In this document: positions 46,692-56,694 of the stretch, in pieces
Layout of the letters: each line of letters opens with the position of its first letter
Position numbering within the stretch: position 1 is the first letter of the stretch
DNA from: Chitinophaga pinensis
GTDB lineage: Bacteria; Bacteroidota; Bacteroidia; Chitinophagales; Chitinophagaceae
Assembly: GCA_943371675.1 (NCBI GenBank)
Contig: CALRVT010000009.1
Location: forward strand, 21,040 to 85,039
Reading direction: 5' to 3'
Length of the DNA: 64,000 bases
Made by a program: the position numbers and the translations under genes
Notes under the pieces: model-generated
Databases searched by the model: none
What the model saw: only the letters and a program-made list of their open reading frames with translations
What the model was told of the DNA's origin: nothing

Positions 46692-49118
46692 CTATTTTAA
46701 GGGACTAATCTTGGTTGTTTCTGTGGTTACTTTTTTGATTTTATCTTTCGAGTAATAAGCCGGAAAGTATTGATCATTTGCCCAGAGAGGAAAAAGGTTT
46801 CCGTAATATTCGCTATAAGGATTTCCTGATTGTCCAGGTGTATTGATCATAACCGCTTTATCCCAATCGCCTGTATCTACTATCAACCGGAAGCTGGCGC
46901 CACTTAACTGGTTATCCAAGCCGCCATTAGCACCGGGTGTATGACCATTTCCTCCTCTTGGTAAGGGTCCCAGGTTTAATTTCTTTTTCAACGCTGCATT
47001 TACCACATTGTTTAGTGGATGGGTGATCAGCACATGTTTGTTTTTCTCCTGACCATATTGCCATTGAGCAAGGGACGGACCTAATTTATTTTTTAATTCA
47101 TTCACAGTGGTATTAAATGCTTCTTTTAAAAATGCGTCTCTTCCCGCAATTGGATCTTTGCCAAATTTAGTATCTGGTTTTTGTAACCAACCAATCAGTT
47201 TGGAAAGTTGCAGGTTGATCAATCCTTTCAAACCATCAGGTACCAAACGTTTATTGGCCAATAACATTAACTGTCTCTCCCACATGGCATAAATAGCAGC
47301 GGGAATACTGGTTTTTTCCAAACGATAATCCCAGCCCTGCAATTTTATTTTAGCTTCTGCTGCTAAGCCTTCTTCCATTGTTAGTGCCATTAACATTGGC
47401 ACCAATGATCTGGCTGGCAATGAGAGATAATCTGTTTGGAGAGACTGCATTTTTTCAATTGTCATCTGATTATCTGCGGCTAACACTTCATTTACACGGT
47501 TACCACGAAAAGGATCGGCCCATGTATACCCTACAGCATCCCAATGTGTATAATCATCAGGTGTTACATGCTGATTGGCTGTAGCAAAAAATCCCTTGGA
47601 AGGATTAAGCAAATGCGGTCTTTCTTTGATCGGCAAAAAACCTGCCCACTCATAACGCCCATCGCCTGGAACCGGCACCAGTCCGCTGTAATTTTTACGC
47701 ACCGGAATAATGCCCACAGCCTGCCATCCAATATTGCCTTTGGTATCAGCCCAAATCATATTCTCACCTGGTATATGGCTATACTTACAGGCTTCCCTAA
47801 ATTCTTCCCAGGTTTTAGCCTGGTCTATTCGAAGTGATGCCATATAAGGTGCACCACCTGTTTCCAGCCAGGCACATCTAACTGCATATGCTTTGTAGTT
47901 AACGGAGTCAATTAAAGTAACTGGCCCATGTTGCGTATATCGAAGGGTAACATTTTTTGCTGCTGCATTTTTTATGTTGACCGTTTCACTTACTTCTTTC
48001 ATATTTACCCACTTGCCTTTGTATCTATATTGTAAAAGGTTTTTGGGATTAAGATCGTATACATAAAGGTCTTCCCCATCTGTTTCATAGATCGTTAATC
48101 CCCAGGCACCTTTTTCATTATGACCGATAGAAACGCCGGGTATTACCGGTTCGCCACCACCAATTACATTCCATCCCGGAGCTACCAAGTGTACCATATA
48201 ACGCAAAGAAGGAACTGCGATCTTACGGTGGGGATCATTGGCCAGCATGGCATGACCACTTGCGGTTCGTTTGCCGCTTACTATCCAGTTATTACTTCCT
48301 TCTATCCCATGTTCAACAAGTTCTTCTGCAAAGAAGGGTTTGGGTTTGTTTAAGATCTGTAAAACAGCATCCGGATCTTCGGCCGTTTTGGAAATATCTC
48401 CAGCTTCAAAAGAAATATCTTTTCTGTAAGCAGTATATAGTTCCAGAATATTTTGTGAAAGTAATTTAGCATTGATAGCAGTATCTAATTTTAGCAAGGG
48501 TTCTTTCGGATGGTACCAGGCAATTTCCTTTACACTTGCTTCACCCATTTTTGCAACAGCCCTGCCAATATTCAGTTCCTCAGTTATATTACCTAATAAC
48601 CCCTGATGGCGGGAGATCACTACGTCTGGTGTCCATAAGCCAGGTTTAATATTCAACAAACCAAATTCTAAAGGTAGTAATTCAGGGTGTTTGTTTGCTT
48701 CAGCTATATACGCATTTACACCTGCAGTGTATGCTTTGAAAATAGATTCTCCCTGAGGATGATAATGGTTAAGTTCCTTTTTCATATCCCCACGGAATTT
48801 GAATAAACGGGTTCCGATATCTCGTTTTAGTTCGCGTTCCCCTAAAATTTCTGCAACTGTTCCTGTAGCCTGCCGGCGCCAAACTTCAAACTGAAACAAT
48901 CGATCCTTGGCTGCACAGTATCCCTGGGCAAAAAAAAGATCTTGCTGGTTGCTGGCATAAATATGATTAACGCCCCATTGATCTCGCAAAATTTCTACGG
49001 GTGCCTGTAATCCTTTTACAGAAAGCTTGGTTGATTTTTGCGCATTTGTAAAAAAAGGGAAAAGCAAAAAAAAGATGGCCATCATCCGGCAGAAATGCAA
49101 AGCAGAAATTCGATACAT
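46692..49118 (-). CDS. Penicillin acylase / AHL-acylase family Ntn-hydrolase
   Basis: It has an autoprocessing site G-SNNW (HGIEGSNNWIVSG) and the N-terminal motif DQWGVNHIYA. The start was moved to the internal Met (MYRISALHFCRMMAIFFLLFPFFTNA), which gives a signal peptide. Confidence 0.8.
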   Translation of the reverse strand: MYRISALHFCRMMAIFFLLFPFFTNAQKSTKLSVKGLQAPVEILRDQWGVNHIYASNQQDLFFAQGYCAAKDRLFQFEVWRRQATGTVAEILGERELKRDIGTRLFKFRGDMKKELNHYHPQGESIFKAYTAGVNAYIAEANKHPELLPLEFGLLNIKPGLWTPDVVISRHQGLLGNITEELNIGRAVAKMGEASVKEIAWYHPKEPLLKLDTAINAKLLSQNILELYTAYRKDISFEAGDISKTAEDPDAVLQILNKPKPFFAEELVEHGIEGSNNWIVSGKRTASGHAMLANDPHRKIAVPSLRYMVHLVAPGWNVIGGGEPVIPGVSIGHNEKGAWGLTIYETDGEDLYVYDLNPKNLLQYRYKGKWVNMKEVSETVNIKNAAAKNVTLRYTQHGPVTLIDSVNYKAYAVRCAWLETGGAPYMASLRIDQAKTWEEFREACKYSHIPGENMIWADTKGNIGWQAVGIIPVRKNYSGLVPVPGDGRYEWAGFLPIKERPHLLNPSKGFFATANQHVTPDDYTHWDAVGYTWADPFRGNRVNEVLAADNQMTIEKMQSLQTDYLSLPARSLVPMLMALTMEEGLAAEAKIKLQGWDYRLEKTSIPAAIYAMWERQLMLLANKRLVPDGLKGLINLQLSKLIGWLQKPDTKFGKDPIAGRDAFLKEAFNTTVNELKNKLGPSLAQWQYGQEKNKHVLITHPLNNVVNAALKKKLNLGPLPRGGNGHTPGANGGLDNQLSGASFRLIVDTGDWDKAVMINTPGQSGNPYSEYYGNLFPLWANDQYFPAYYSKDKIKKVTTETTKISPLK

Positions 49119-49210
49119 GGCAGCTGTATGTTTGAAACAGTAAGTTAGTAAATATATGGGGAAGAGTGAGGCAATGGAGGAATTTACAAACAATTTCGCC
49201 CTTCACTTTG

Positions 49211-49230
49211 CCACACCCTTTAGGGTGTGG
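49211..49230 (-). terminator. Hairpin CCACACCC-TAAA-GGGTGTGG downstream of thrC
   Basis: It is a perfect 8-bp stem with a 4-nt loop, 33 nt after the thrC stop. It has no U-tract, so it may act as a processing or stability hairpin rather than a terminator. Confidence 0.4.
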
Positions 49231-49262
49231 ATAGGAGATTTTTTAAAATAAGATTGGTGGCA

Positions 49263-50561
49263 TTAACTATATAACAACCACTCTTTCAAATCTGCAAAAG
49301 ATGCTTTCATTGGGATGCATTTCTTTTCCAATCCGAATAATTTTTTTGCAGAATCTGGCACGTCGATTTTCTTTCCAATGATAGCTTCCACCGTTTCTGG
49401 GAATTTAACAGGATGTGCTGTTTCCAGAATAAACCCATTCTGTTTTGTGTGTAAAGAAAGATACTCTTTCAATGCGCTGTATGCCACAGCACCATGGGGG
49501 TCTAATATATAGCCAAATTCCTGGTAAACCGCTGCAATGGTTGCTCGGGTTAGATCATCAGATACTGTATAACCTGAAATTTTCTCTTTGATAGCTGCAA
49601 AATCGCTTCCGAATAATTCCATCACACGAATAAAATTACTCGGACTGCCAACATCCATAGCATTGGATATGGTAGCAATGGCGTTCTTCTCCTGGTAATT
49701 TCCAGTGCGCAAATAACTGGGCACAGCATCGTTAACATTACAGGCTGCAATAAAATGTTGTACCGGCAATCCACTCATATAGGCTAATATACCTGCACAT
49801 ATATTTCCAAAATTACCACTGGGTATTGCTATTACCGGCGGGTTTGCTTTATCCTTCCATTGCTGGTATGCGAAAAAATAATACAGTTGTTGTGGCAACC
49901 ATCTGGCAACATTGATGGAATTGGCAGATGTTAATTGTAATGCATTATTCAGGTCGGCATCCATGAAAGCTTCTTTAACCATTGCCTGACAATCATCAAA
50001 AGTTCCGGCAATTTCCAATGCCTTGATATTATGCCCACAGGTAGTTAATTGTAATTCCTGCACTGGGCTCACTTTCCCAGAGGGATATAAGATCACAACT
50101 TCCACTCCTTCAACACCCAGAAATCCATTCGCAACGGCACCACCAGTATCACCGGAAGTAGCTACTAATACTGTGATCTTTCCATTATTCTCTTGTGAAA
50201 AATAACCAAGACAGCGGCTCATAAATCTTGCACCCACATCTTTAAAAGCGAGTGTTGGGCCATGAAACAATTCAAAGGATGCAATATTCTCTGAAATCTT
50301 TATCATCGGAAAATCAAAATCCACTGTTTCTGAAGCAATGCGGTAAAGACTTTTTTCATCAATAGTGTCGCCCACATAGGGCTGCATGATCAGTGCTGCA
50401 AGGTCGGCTTTGGAATAATGCTGGATATCCTGGATGACATGAGAACCAATAGCGGGGATGCTTTCAGGAAAATACAAACCCTTATCCGGTGCCTGTCCTT
50501 TGATAGTGGCTTCACGGAAATTAACATTCGGTGCATTTTTATTTAAACTGTAATAATTCAT
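49263..50561 (-). CDS. thrC: Threonine synthase
   Basis: The protein is 432 aa with the PLP-lysine region (PTLAFKDVGARF). It lies in thrABC gene order. Confidence 0.9.
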   Translation of the reverse strand: MNYYSLNKNAPNVNFREATIKGQAPDKGLYFPESIPAIGSHVIQDIQHYSKADLAALIMQPYVGDTIDEKSLYRIASETVDFDFPMIKISENIASFELFHGPTLAFKDVGARFMSRCLGYFSQENNGKITVLVATSGDTGGAVANGFLGVEGVEVVILYPSGKVSPVQELQLTTCGHNIKALEIAGTFDDCQAMVKEAFMDADLNNALQLTSANSINVARWLPQQLYYFFAYQQWKDKANPPVIAIPSGNFGNICAGILAYMSGLPVQHFIAACNVNDAVPSYLRTGNYQEKNAIATISNAMDVGSPSNFIRVMELFGSDFAAIKEKISGYTVSDDLTRATIAAVYQEFGYILDPHGAVAYSALKEYLSLHTKQNGFILETAHPVKFPETVEAIIGKKIDVPDSAKKLFGLEKKCIPMKASFADLKEWLLYS

Positions 50562-50633
50562 GTTGACTGTTTCATGAAAAATCTACTTAGAACAGTATGA
50601 TTTTCTAATTTATTTTATTGGTAAAAATGAGAT

Positions 50634-51602
50634 CTATTCTACAAATCTTACACCAGATTGATTGATGGTTGTAACATAGGTGTGGTGATCCAATGAAAGT
50701 TTTTCATAAACTGTTTTCATCTCCTTCTCTACATCCAGCGCAACTGATTCATCTTTACTGAGCATAAAAATGGAAGGACCAGAACCTGAAATACCTCCAC
50801 CCAATGCACCTGCTTCCTTACTCAACATTTTTATTTTATCAAATCCAGGTATGAGAATACTTCGCACTGGTTCTATTAATACATCTTCTAATGATCTTCC
50901 AATTAATTCGTAATCGCTTTTTAATAGTCCTGTTACCAATCCTGCAATATTGCCCCATTGTTTAATGGCATCTTTCAACAAAACCTGTTGTTTTAAAATA
51001 CTTCTCGCATCTGATGTACGAACTTCTATTTGAGGATGCACGATGGTAACAAATAAGGGAGGAGAGGAAAGTTGGATAATATCTAATGGAAATATTGATC
51101 GCACCAAAGTAACACCCCCAAAAATACAGGGAGCAATATTATCGGCATGTTTTACACCAGATGCTAATTTTTCGCCATTCATAGCAAATCGAACGAGGTC
51201 ATCATTCGAAAAGATATTGCCTAATAATTTGTTGGCTGCAACTACCGCACCTGCAGAACTTGCAGCGCTGGAACCTACACCACTGCCGGGTTTGATGTGC
51301 TTACAAATTCTTAATTCAAAACCCCTTTTTTCTTCCATCTCTTCCTGCATGGCCAATAATGCTGCACCTGCAACATTTAACGTAGGCTCTGTAGGTAACT
51401 GATAGGCATCTTCATTAATGATGCGGATACCTGGTTCCTCTGTAAAACAAATACTCATTTCATCAAAGGGATCATTCACTGCAAAGCCAAGTATGTCAAA
51501 CCCACAGACCATATTAGCTACCGTAGCTGGAGCATGAACAGTAATACCCCCCAGCCCCCTAAAGGGGGAGTATTGAAAATTATTATGATAACTCAATTTC
51601 AT
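50634..51602 (-). CDS. thrB: Homoserine kinase
   Basis: It has the conserved VHAPATVANMVCGFDILG motif and the GHMP kinase motif PGSGVGSSAASSA. The start is set at ATG 51602. The longer ORF to 51689 overlaps thrA. Confidence 0.85.
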   Translation of the reverse strand: MKLSYHNNFQYSPFRGLGGITVHAPATVANMVCGFDILGFAVNDPFDEMSICFTEEPGIRIINEDAYQLPTEPTLNVAGAALLAMQEEMEEKRGFELRICKHIKPGSGVGSSAASSAGAVVAANKLLGNIFSNDDLVRFAMNGEKLASGVKHADNIAPCIFGGVTLVRSIFPLDIIQLSSPPLFVTIVHPQIEVRTSDARSILKQQVLLKDAIKQWGNIAGLVTGLLKSDYELIGRSLEDVLIEPVRSILIPGFDKIKMLSKEAGALGGGISGSGPSIFMLSKDESVALDVEKEMKTVYEKLSLDHHTYVTTINQSGVRFVE

Positions 51603-51662
51603 TTTAAGGCTTTTACAATTAAAAGTTATACTAACTCCCCCTTTAGGGGGTTGGGGGGTGTA
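51545..51662. repeat. Composite palindromic element (family A): two ~28-nt inverted arms, each containing CCCCC-TAAA/TTTA-GGGGG, around a ~60-nt AT-rich core
   Basis: The left arm is TACCCCCCAGCCCCCTAAAGGGGGAGTA (51545..51572). The right arm is ACTCCCCCTTTAGGGGGTTGGGGGGTGTA (51634..51662). The arms match in inverted orientation at about 26 of 28 positions. Confidence 0.8.
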
Positions 51663-54093
51663 CTCTAATAATATCAGCAAATACGCCACTGGCAGTTACA
51701 TCTGCTCCAGCACCAGCTCCCTTGATCACCAATGGTTGTTCAGGATACCTGTCAGTATAAAATAAAACCAGGTTATCCTTACCATAAAGATGGTAGAAAT
51801 CAGAATCCGAAGGGATATGCCTTAAACCAACAGCTGCTTTGCCGTTTTCGTAGGTTGCAACAAATTTTAATTTGCAATTCTTCGCAGCAGCATCTGCATA
51901 TATTTTTTTGAAGTGATCTTCTTGCTTAGCCATCTCTGCATAAAAATCAGCAACACTTCCTTCAAAACAGGAAGCTGGCAGAAAAAATTCATTGGATATA
52001 TCTTCCATCTCCAATTGCTGTCCTGCTTCCCTTGCCAAGATCATGATTTTCCGCATCACATCTGTACCACCCAGATCAAGGCGTGGATCCGGTTCTGTAT
52101 AACCTTCATCCTGTGCCTGCTTTACTACATCAGCAAAGGGTTTGGTTCCATCGTAATTATTGAAAACAAAATTGAGGGTACCTGAAAGTACTGCCTGAAT
52201 TCGATTTACTTTATCACCACTTCTAAGCAGATCATTCAAAGTGCCAATCACAGGTAATCCTGCACCAACATTAGTTTCGAAAAGAAAATGTGCATTGTAT
52301 TCCCTTGCCAGTGATTTTAATTTCTGATAGATAGGATAACTGGAAGAGCAGGCTATCTTATTACATGCAACAACTGAAATGCTTTTACCCAACAATGCCC
52401 CATAAACCGTAGCTACTTCTGCATTAGCAGTTACATCCACAAAAACACTGTTACGCAGATTTTTACTGATGATGTGGTTAACAAAATCATGTATCGTGCC
52501 GGTTTCACCGTTCTGTAAATCTTCTTTCCAGTTAGCGAGATTGATTCCCTCTTCATTCAAAAGGATTTTCTTACTATTGGCTAGTCCAATAACTTGTATT
52601 TGTAAACGCAGATTATCCTGCAAGTATTGGTATTGCTTCGCTATTTGTCCTAATAATTTACCACCAACATTACCTGTACCAGCAATAAAAACATTTAGTT
52701 GCTTATAGGTTTTTTCAAAAAAAGCTTCATGCAAAACATTGATAGCTTTCTTTACATCAGTGCCTGATAAAACTGCAGAGATATTTTTCTCAGATGATCC
52801 CTGTGCTATGGCCCGCACATTGATACCATTTCTTCCCAGTGCACCAAACATTTTTCCACTTACACCCGGGTGACTCTTCATTTGTTCGCCTACCAATGCA
52901 ACAATAGACAATCCGGATTCTACTTTTAAAGGTTCGATGGTACCGCTCTTGATCTCAAAATTAAAGGCCTGGTCTATGGAATGTTTCGCTTTTTCGCTAT
53001 CTGCTTCATTCACACCCACACATATAGAATGTTCAGAAGAGCTTTGGGTAATCAGAATAACATTCACCGATTCTCTGGCCAAAGATTCAAAAAGTCTTTT
53101 AGAAAATCCCGGAATACCCACCATACCACTGCCTTCTAAACTTAGCAGACTTAATTTGTTAATGCTGGATATACCCCGAATAAAACTATCTGTTACTGCA
53201 GATTCATTTTCTATCAAAGTTCCATATTCATCAGGTGCAAATGTGTTTTTTATCCATACCGGAATATTCTTGCTCATTACAGGTTGAATGGTAGGCGGAT
53301 AAATGATCTTAGCACCAAAGTGCGACAATTCCATCGCTTCCTGATAGGATATGCGCTGAATGGGTTTTGCATTTTGCACCAATCTGGGATCGGCTGTCAT
53401 CATACCACTTACGTCTGTCCAGATCTCTAGAACAGAAACATTTAGGGCTGCAGCAAATATCGCTGCAGTATAATCTGAACCGCCTCTGCCAAGTGTGGTG
53501 GTATTACCATCCGTATCACCAGAAATGAAACCAGGTGCAACATATAGCGTGTGCTTATTCTCTGCAATGGCTTTTTGAATTAGCAGATCCGTTGCTAAAA
53601 AATCAACAGAAGCATTTCCATAATGGTCATTTGTAACAATGAGCTTGCGACAATCCAGCCATTGTTGATCTAACTGTAAAGCTTGAAGGGCAGCAGCAAT
53701 GATTTGAGAAGACAACAACTCTCCATAGCTAACAATTCTATCTTTTGTACGTGGCGACAATTCATTCAAAAGAAAAACACCATCACAAATTCCTTCCAGC
53801 TGGTTAAAATGCTGTTTTACCAAACTCAAAGTGGCGCTTTGCTGCTGAATGGGTAAAAGTTCCCGCACAGTTTCGAGGTGTCTTGTTTCTAATTCACGTA
53901 AATGATTTTTATACAATTCATCAGACACGGATGCCAGATAACCCAGATTCAATAATTGATCCGTTACCCCACCTAAAGCCGAAACCACCAACACGGTGGA
54001 TTCTTTCTCTAATGCTTTTTGAACGATAGCAATCACTTTATGTATGTTAGCAGCATTGGCTACCGAACTACCTCCAAATTTTAATACCTGCAT
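51643..54093 (-). CDS. thrA: Bifunctional aspartate kinase / homoserine dehydrogenase I
   Basis: The protein is 816 aa with an N-terminal kinase domain (MQVLKFGGSSVANA) and ACT domains. It has a C-terminal homoserine dehydrogenase domain (GTGNVGG). Confidence 0.9.
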   Translation of the reverse strand: MQVLKFGGSSVANAANIHKVIAIVQKALEKESTVLVVSALGGVTDQLLNLGYLASVSDELYKNHLRELETRHLETVRELLPIQQQSATLSLVKQHFNQLEGICDGVFLLNELSPRTKDRIVSYGELLSSQIIAAALQALQLDQQWLDCRKLIVTNDHYGNASVDFLATDLLIQKAIAENKHTLYVAPGFISGDTDGNTTTLGRGGSDYTAAIFAAALNVSVLEIWTDVSGMMTADPRLVQNAKPIQRISYQEAMELSHFGAKIIYPPTIQPVMSKNIPVWIKNTFAPDEYGTLIENESAVTDSFIRGISSINKLSLLSLEGSGMVGIPGFSKRLFESLARESVNVILITQSSSEHSICVGVNEADSEKAKHSIDQAFNFEIKSGTIEPLKVESGLSIVALVGEQMKSHPGVSGKMFGALGRNGINVRAIAQGSSEKNISAVLSGTDVKKAINVLHEAFFEKTYKQLNVFIAGTGNVGGKLLGQIAKQYQYLQDNLRLQIQVIGLANSKKILLNEEGINLANWKEDLQNGETGTIHDFVNHIISKNLRNSVFVDVTANAEVATVYGALLGKSISVVACNKIACSSSYPIYQKLKSLAREYNAHFLFETNVGAGLPVIGTLNDLLRSGDKVNRIQAVLSGTLNFVFNNYDGTKPFADVVKQAQDEGYTEPDPRLDLGGTDVMRKIMILAREAGQQLEMEDISNEFFLPASCFEGSVADFYAEMAKQEDHFKKIYADAAAKNCKLKFVATYENGKAAVGLRHIPSDSDFYHLYGKDNLVLFYTDRYPEQPLVIKGAGAGADVTASGVFADIIRVHPPTP

Positions 54094-54212
54094 ATATATT
54101 CTTCTTCTATTATTAGTGTGATTTTATTGACCCTAAATTCTGTGTAAATCTGTGTAACCTGTGGCTAATATTCCATTTCGCAATCCATGTTGCGGATATA
54201 TGTTTTTTCTAT

Positions 54213-55472
54213 TTAAACCAAATACCCAAACAAATTATCATTTTGCTTCAATTCCGTATAATTTATATGGTACCTGCACATATTCTCTATTAATACCTGA
54301 TAGTCTTCTTTTGATTTTAACTCAATGCCCACCAATGCCGGGCCGGTTTCCTTATTGTGCTTTTGCATGTATTCAAAACGAGTGATATCATCCCCTTCGC
54401 CCAATACATGGTTTACAAATTCTTTTAATGCGCCTGGTCTTTGTGCAAAACGGATCAGGAAATAATGTTTCAGACCTTCATATTGCAGTGACCTCTCTTT
54501 TATCTCCTGCATTCGGTCTATATCATTATTACTCCCGCTTACAATACAAACCACTGTTTTGCCTTTTATTACATCGGCGTAGTCATCCAGTGCTGTGATA
54601 GACATTGCACCGGCGGGTTCTACAACAATCGCGTCTTCATTATATAATTGCAGGATCGTAGTACAAATTTTTCCTTCGGGTACAAGATGCATGTCATCCA
54701 ATACACTATTGCAGATTTTGAATGTGATCTCACCTACTCTCTTTACTGATGCACCATCTACAAATCTTTCAATATTATCCAATGTTACCGGATGACCCGC
54801 TTTCATTGCTTCAAACATTGAGGGTGCCCCTTCCGGTTCCAGTCCGACAATTCTTGTTTTTGGCGAAAAAGTTTTGAAGTAAGCACCTACACCTGCACTT
54901 AATCCACCGCCACCAACAGGTATGAAAAGAAAATCAATATCGGCGCGGTCTTCTAATATTTCTACGCCAACCGTAGCCTGCCCTTCAATAATTTTGATAT
55001 CATCAAATGGCGGGATGAAGGTCATCCCGTTTTCTTCCGTATACTTTTTTGCTGCAACTGCACAATCATCAAAAGTATCACCGGTTAGCCTTACTTCAAT
55101 ATAGCCTTCACCAAACATTTTAGTCTGACTAACTTTCTGATTAGGTGTAATAATAGGCATGAACACCACACCTTTTACATTCAACTTTTTACAACTGTAG
55201 GCAAAACCCTGTGCATGGTTTCCTGCACTGGCGCATACCACCCCTTTTTCTAACTGCTCAACCGGCAAACTGCTCATCATATTATAAGCTCCTCGTAACT
55301 TATAGGATCTTACTACCTGAAGGTCTTCTCTTTTCAAGTATACATCGCACTGGTATTTACGGGATAAATTATGGTTATAAGTAAGCGGTGTTCTTTTCAC
55401 GATCTTTTTCAACCGTTTTGCGGCTGATTGAAAGTCGAGAAGAGGCTGTTCAAGAAGGGAGTTGTTGGGCAT
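54213..55472 (-). CDS. ilvA: Threonine ammonia-lyase (biosynthetic, single regulatory domain)
   Basis: The PLP-Lys region reads LKREDLQVVRSYKLRGA and the glycine loop reads GGGGLSAG. Total length is 419 aa. Confidence 0.85.
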   Translation of the reverse strand: MPNNSLLEQPLLDFQSAAKRLKKIVKRTPLTYNHNLSRKYQCDVYLKREDLQVVRSYKLRGAYNMMSSLPVEQLEKGVVCASAGNHAQGFAYSCKKLNVKGVVFMPIITPNQKVSQTKMFGEGYIEVRLTGDTFDDCAVAAKKYTEENGMTFIPPFDDIKIIEGQATVGVEILEDRADIDFLFIPVGGGGLSAGVGAYFKTFSPKTRIVGLEPEGAPSMFEAMKAGHPVTLDNIERFVDGASVKRVGEITFKICNSVLDDMHLVPEGKICTTILQLYNEDAIVVEPAGAMSITALDDYADVIKGKTVVCIVSGSNNDIDRMQEIKERSLQYEGLKHYFLIRFAQRPGALKEFVNHVLGEGDDITRFEYMQKHNKETGPALVGIELKSKEDYQVLIENMCRYHINYTELKQNDNLFGYLV

Positions 55473-55483
55473 ACATTTATATT

Positions 55484-55520
55484 TACCTAACGCGAAAGTT
55501 TCAGGAACTTTCGCGTTAGG
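55484..55520 (-). other. Perfect 16-bp stem hairpin between ilvC and ilvA
   Basis: The arms are acctaacgcgaaagtt and aactttcgcgttaggt with loop tcagg. It has no U-tract on the coding strand. Confidence 0.6.
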
Positions 55521-55528
55521 TTATTCGG

Positions 55529-56587
55529 TTAAGCTTTCGGCGCCTGGTTTTCAGGACGCAGACTTCTAACAGTTTTACCTGCCTGCCATATTTCACTATC
55601 GTGTAACTCTTTTAATTCAACTTCCAGTTTTTCACGATAATCAGCCTTACTGTTACTTTCTATAGACTTTGCTGCTTCTTTACCAGTTGCTACACTTTCA
55701 TATAGTTCTGTAAATACGGGTAAGGTTGCATCACGGAATTTTTTCCACCAGTCCAAAGCACCACGTTGTGCAGTAGTAGAACAGTTGGCATACATCCAAT
55801 CCATTCCATTTTCAGCTACCAGAGGCATAAGAGATTGTGTTAATTCTTCCACTGTTTCGTTGAAAGCTTCAGAAGGAGTATGCCCTTTGGAACGCAATAC
55901 CTCATATTGTGCTGCAAAAATTCCCTGAATAGCACCCATCAAAGTTCCACGCTCACCGGTAAGATCACTGAATACTTCTTTTTTGAAATTGGTTTCAAAA
56001 AGGTATCCACTACCAATGGCAATACCCAAAGCCACTACTCTTTCAAATGCTCGTCCGGTAGCATCTTGAAATATTGCATAACTACTGTTCAAACCACGAC
56101 CCTGTAAAAACATTCTACGCAGAGATGTACCCGATCCTTTAGGAGCTACCAGAAATACATCAACATCTGCTGGTGGTATAATACCAGTTTGATCATTATA
56201 TGTAACACCAAAGCCATGTGAGAAATACAAAGCTTTACCAGCGGTAAGATGCTTTTTTACTGTTGGCCACATAGCAATTTGTGCAGCATCACTTAATAGA
56301 TAACAAATGATGGTACCACGTTCTAATGCTTCTTCAATTTCAAAAAGTGATTCACCGGGTACAAAGCCATCTTTCACTGCCTTATCCCAGCTCTTTGAAT
56401 TTTTCCTTTGACCAACTATTACATTAATGCCGTTTTCTTTTTGATTCAGCGCCTGACCAGGCCCCTGAACGCCATAACCAATTACTGCTACCACTTCATT
56501 CTTCAATACTTCCTGGGCTTTTGCCAAAGGAAACTCATCACGTGTTACAACATTTTCTTCAACGCCACCGAAATTTAATTTTGCCAT
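55529..56587 (-). CDS. ilvC: Ketol-acid reductoisomerase
   Basis: It has the NADP-binding loop VIGYGVQGPGQALN. It is a 352-aa class I enzyme. Confidence 0.9.
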   Translation of the reverse strand: MAKLNFGGVEENVVTRDEFPLAKAQEVLKNEVVAVIGYGVQGPGQALNQKENGINVIVGQRKNSKSWDKAVKDGFVPGESLFEIEEALERGTIICYLLSDAAQIAMWPTVKKHLTAGKALYFSHGFGVTYNDQTGIIPPADVDVFLVAPKGSGTSLRRMFLQGRGLNSSYAIFQDATGRAFERVVALGIAIGSGYLFETNFKKEVFSDLTGERGTLMGAIQGIFAAQYEVLRSKGHTPSEAFNETVEELTQSLMPLVAENGMDWMYANCSTTAQRGALDWWKKFRDATLPVFTELYESVATGKEAAKSIESNSKADYREKLEVELKELHDSEIWQAGKTVRSLRPENQAPKA

Positions 56588-56600
56588 GGTTTTTGTTTTG

Positions 56601-56631
56601 TACCCCCTTGCCCCCTAAAGGGGGAATTGGG
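56601..56631. repeat. Family A repeat, solo copy (TACCCCCTTGCCCCCTAAAGGGGGAATTGGG)
   Basis: Its core is near-identical to the left arm at 51545. It lies in the ilvN-ilvC spacer. Confidence 0.7.
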
Positions 56632-56694
56632 ATTTGTTTTAAATGAAATTTATAATTACAAAAAATAAGTTTACTGATCTTGAATTGCTTGGTA

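Noticed and set aside
51603-51689. Long N-terminal extensions in the ORF track for thrB (to 51689), the acylase (to 49193) and the GH53 gene (to 33569)
   Set aside because: The thrB extension overlaps the thrA coding end and reads through the palindromic repeat. For the acylase and GH53, internal Met codons give proper signal peptides, while the extensions do not.
54094-54212. A possible second leader peptide/attenuator upstream of thrA
   Set aside because: The only small ORF on the coding strand is MDCEMEY, which has no Thr or Ile codons. The only hairpin is a 5-bp stem without a U-tract.
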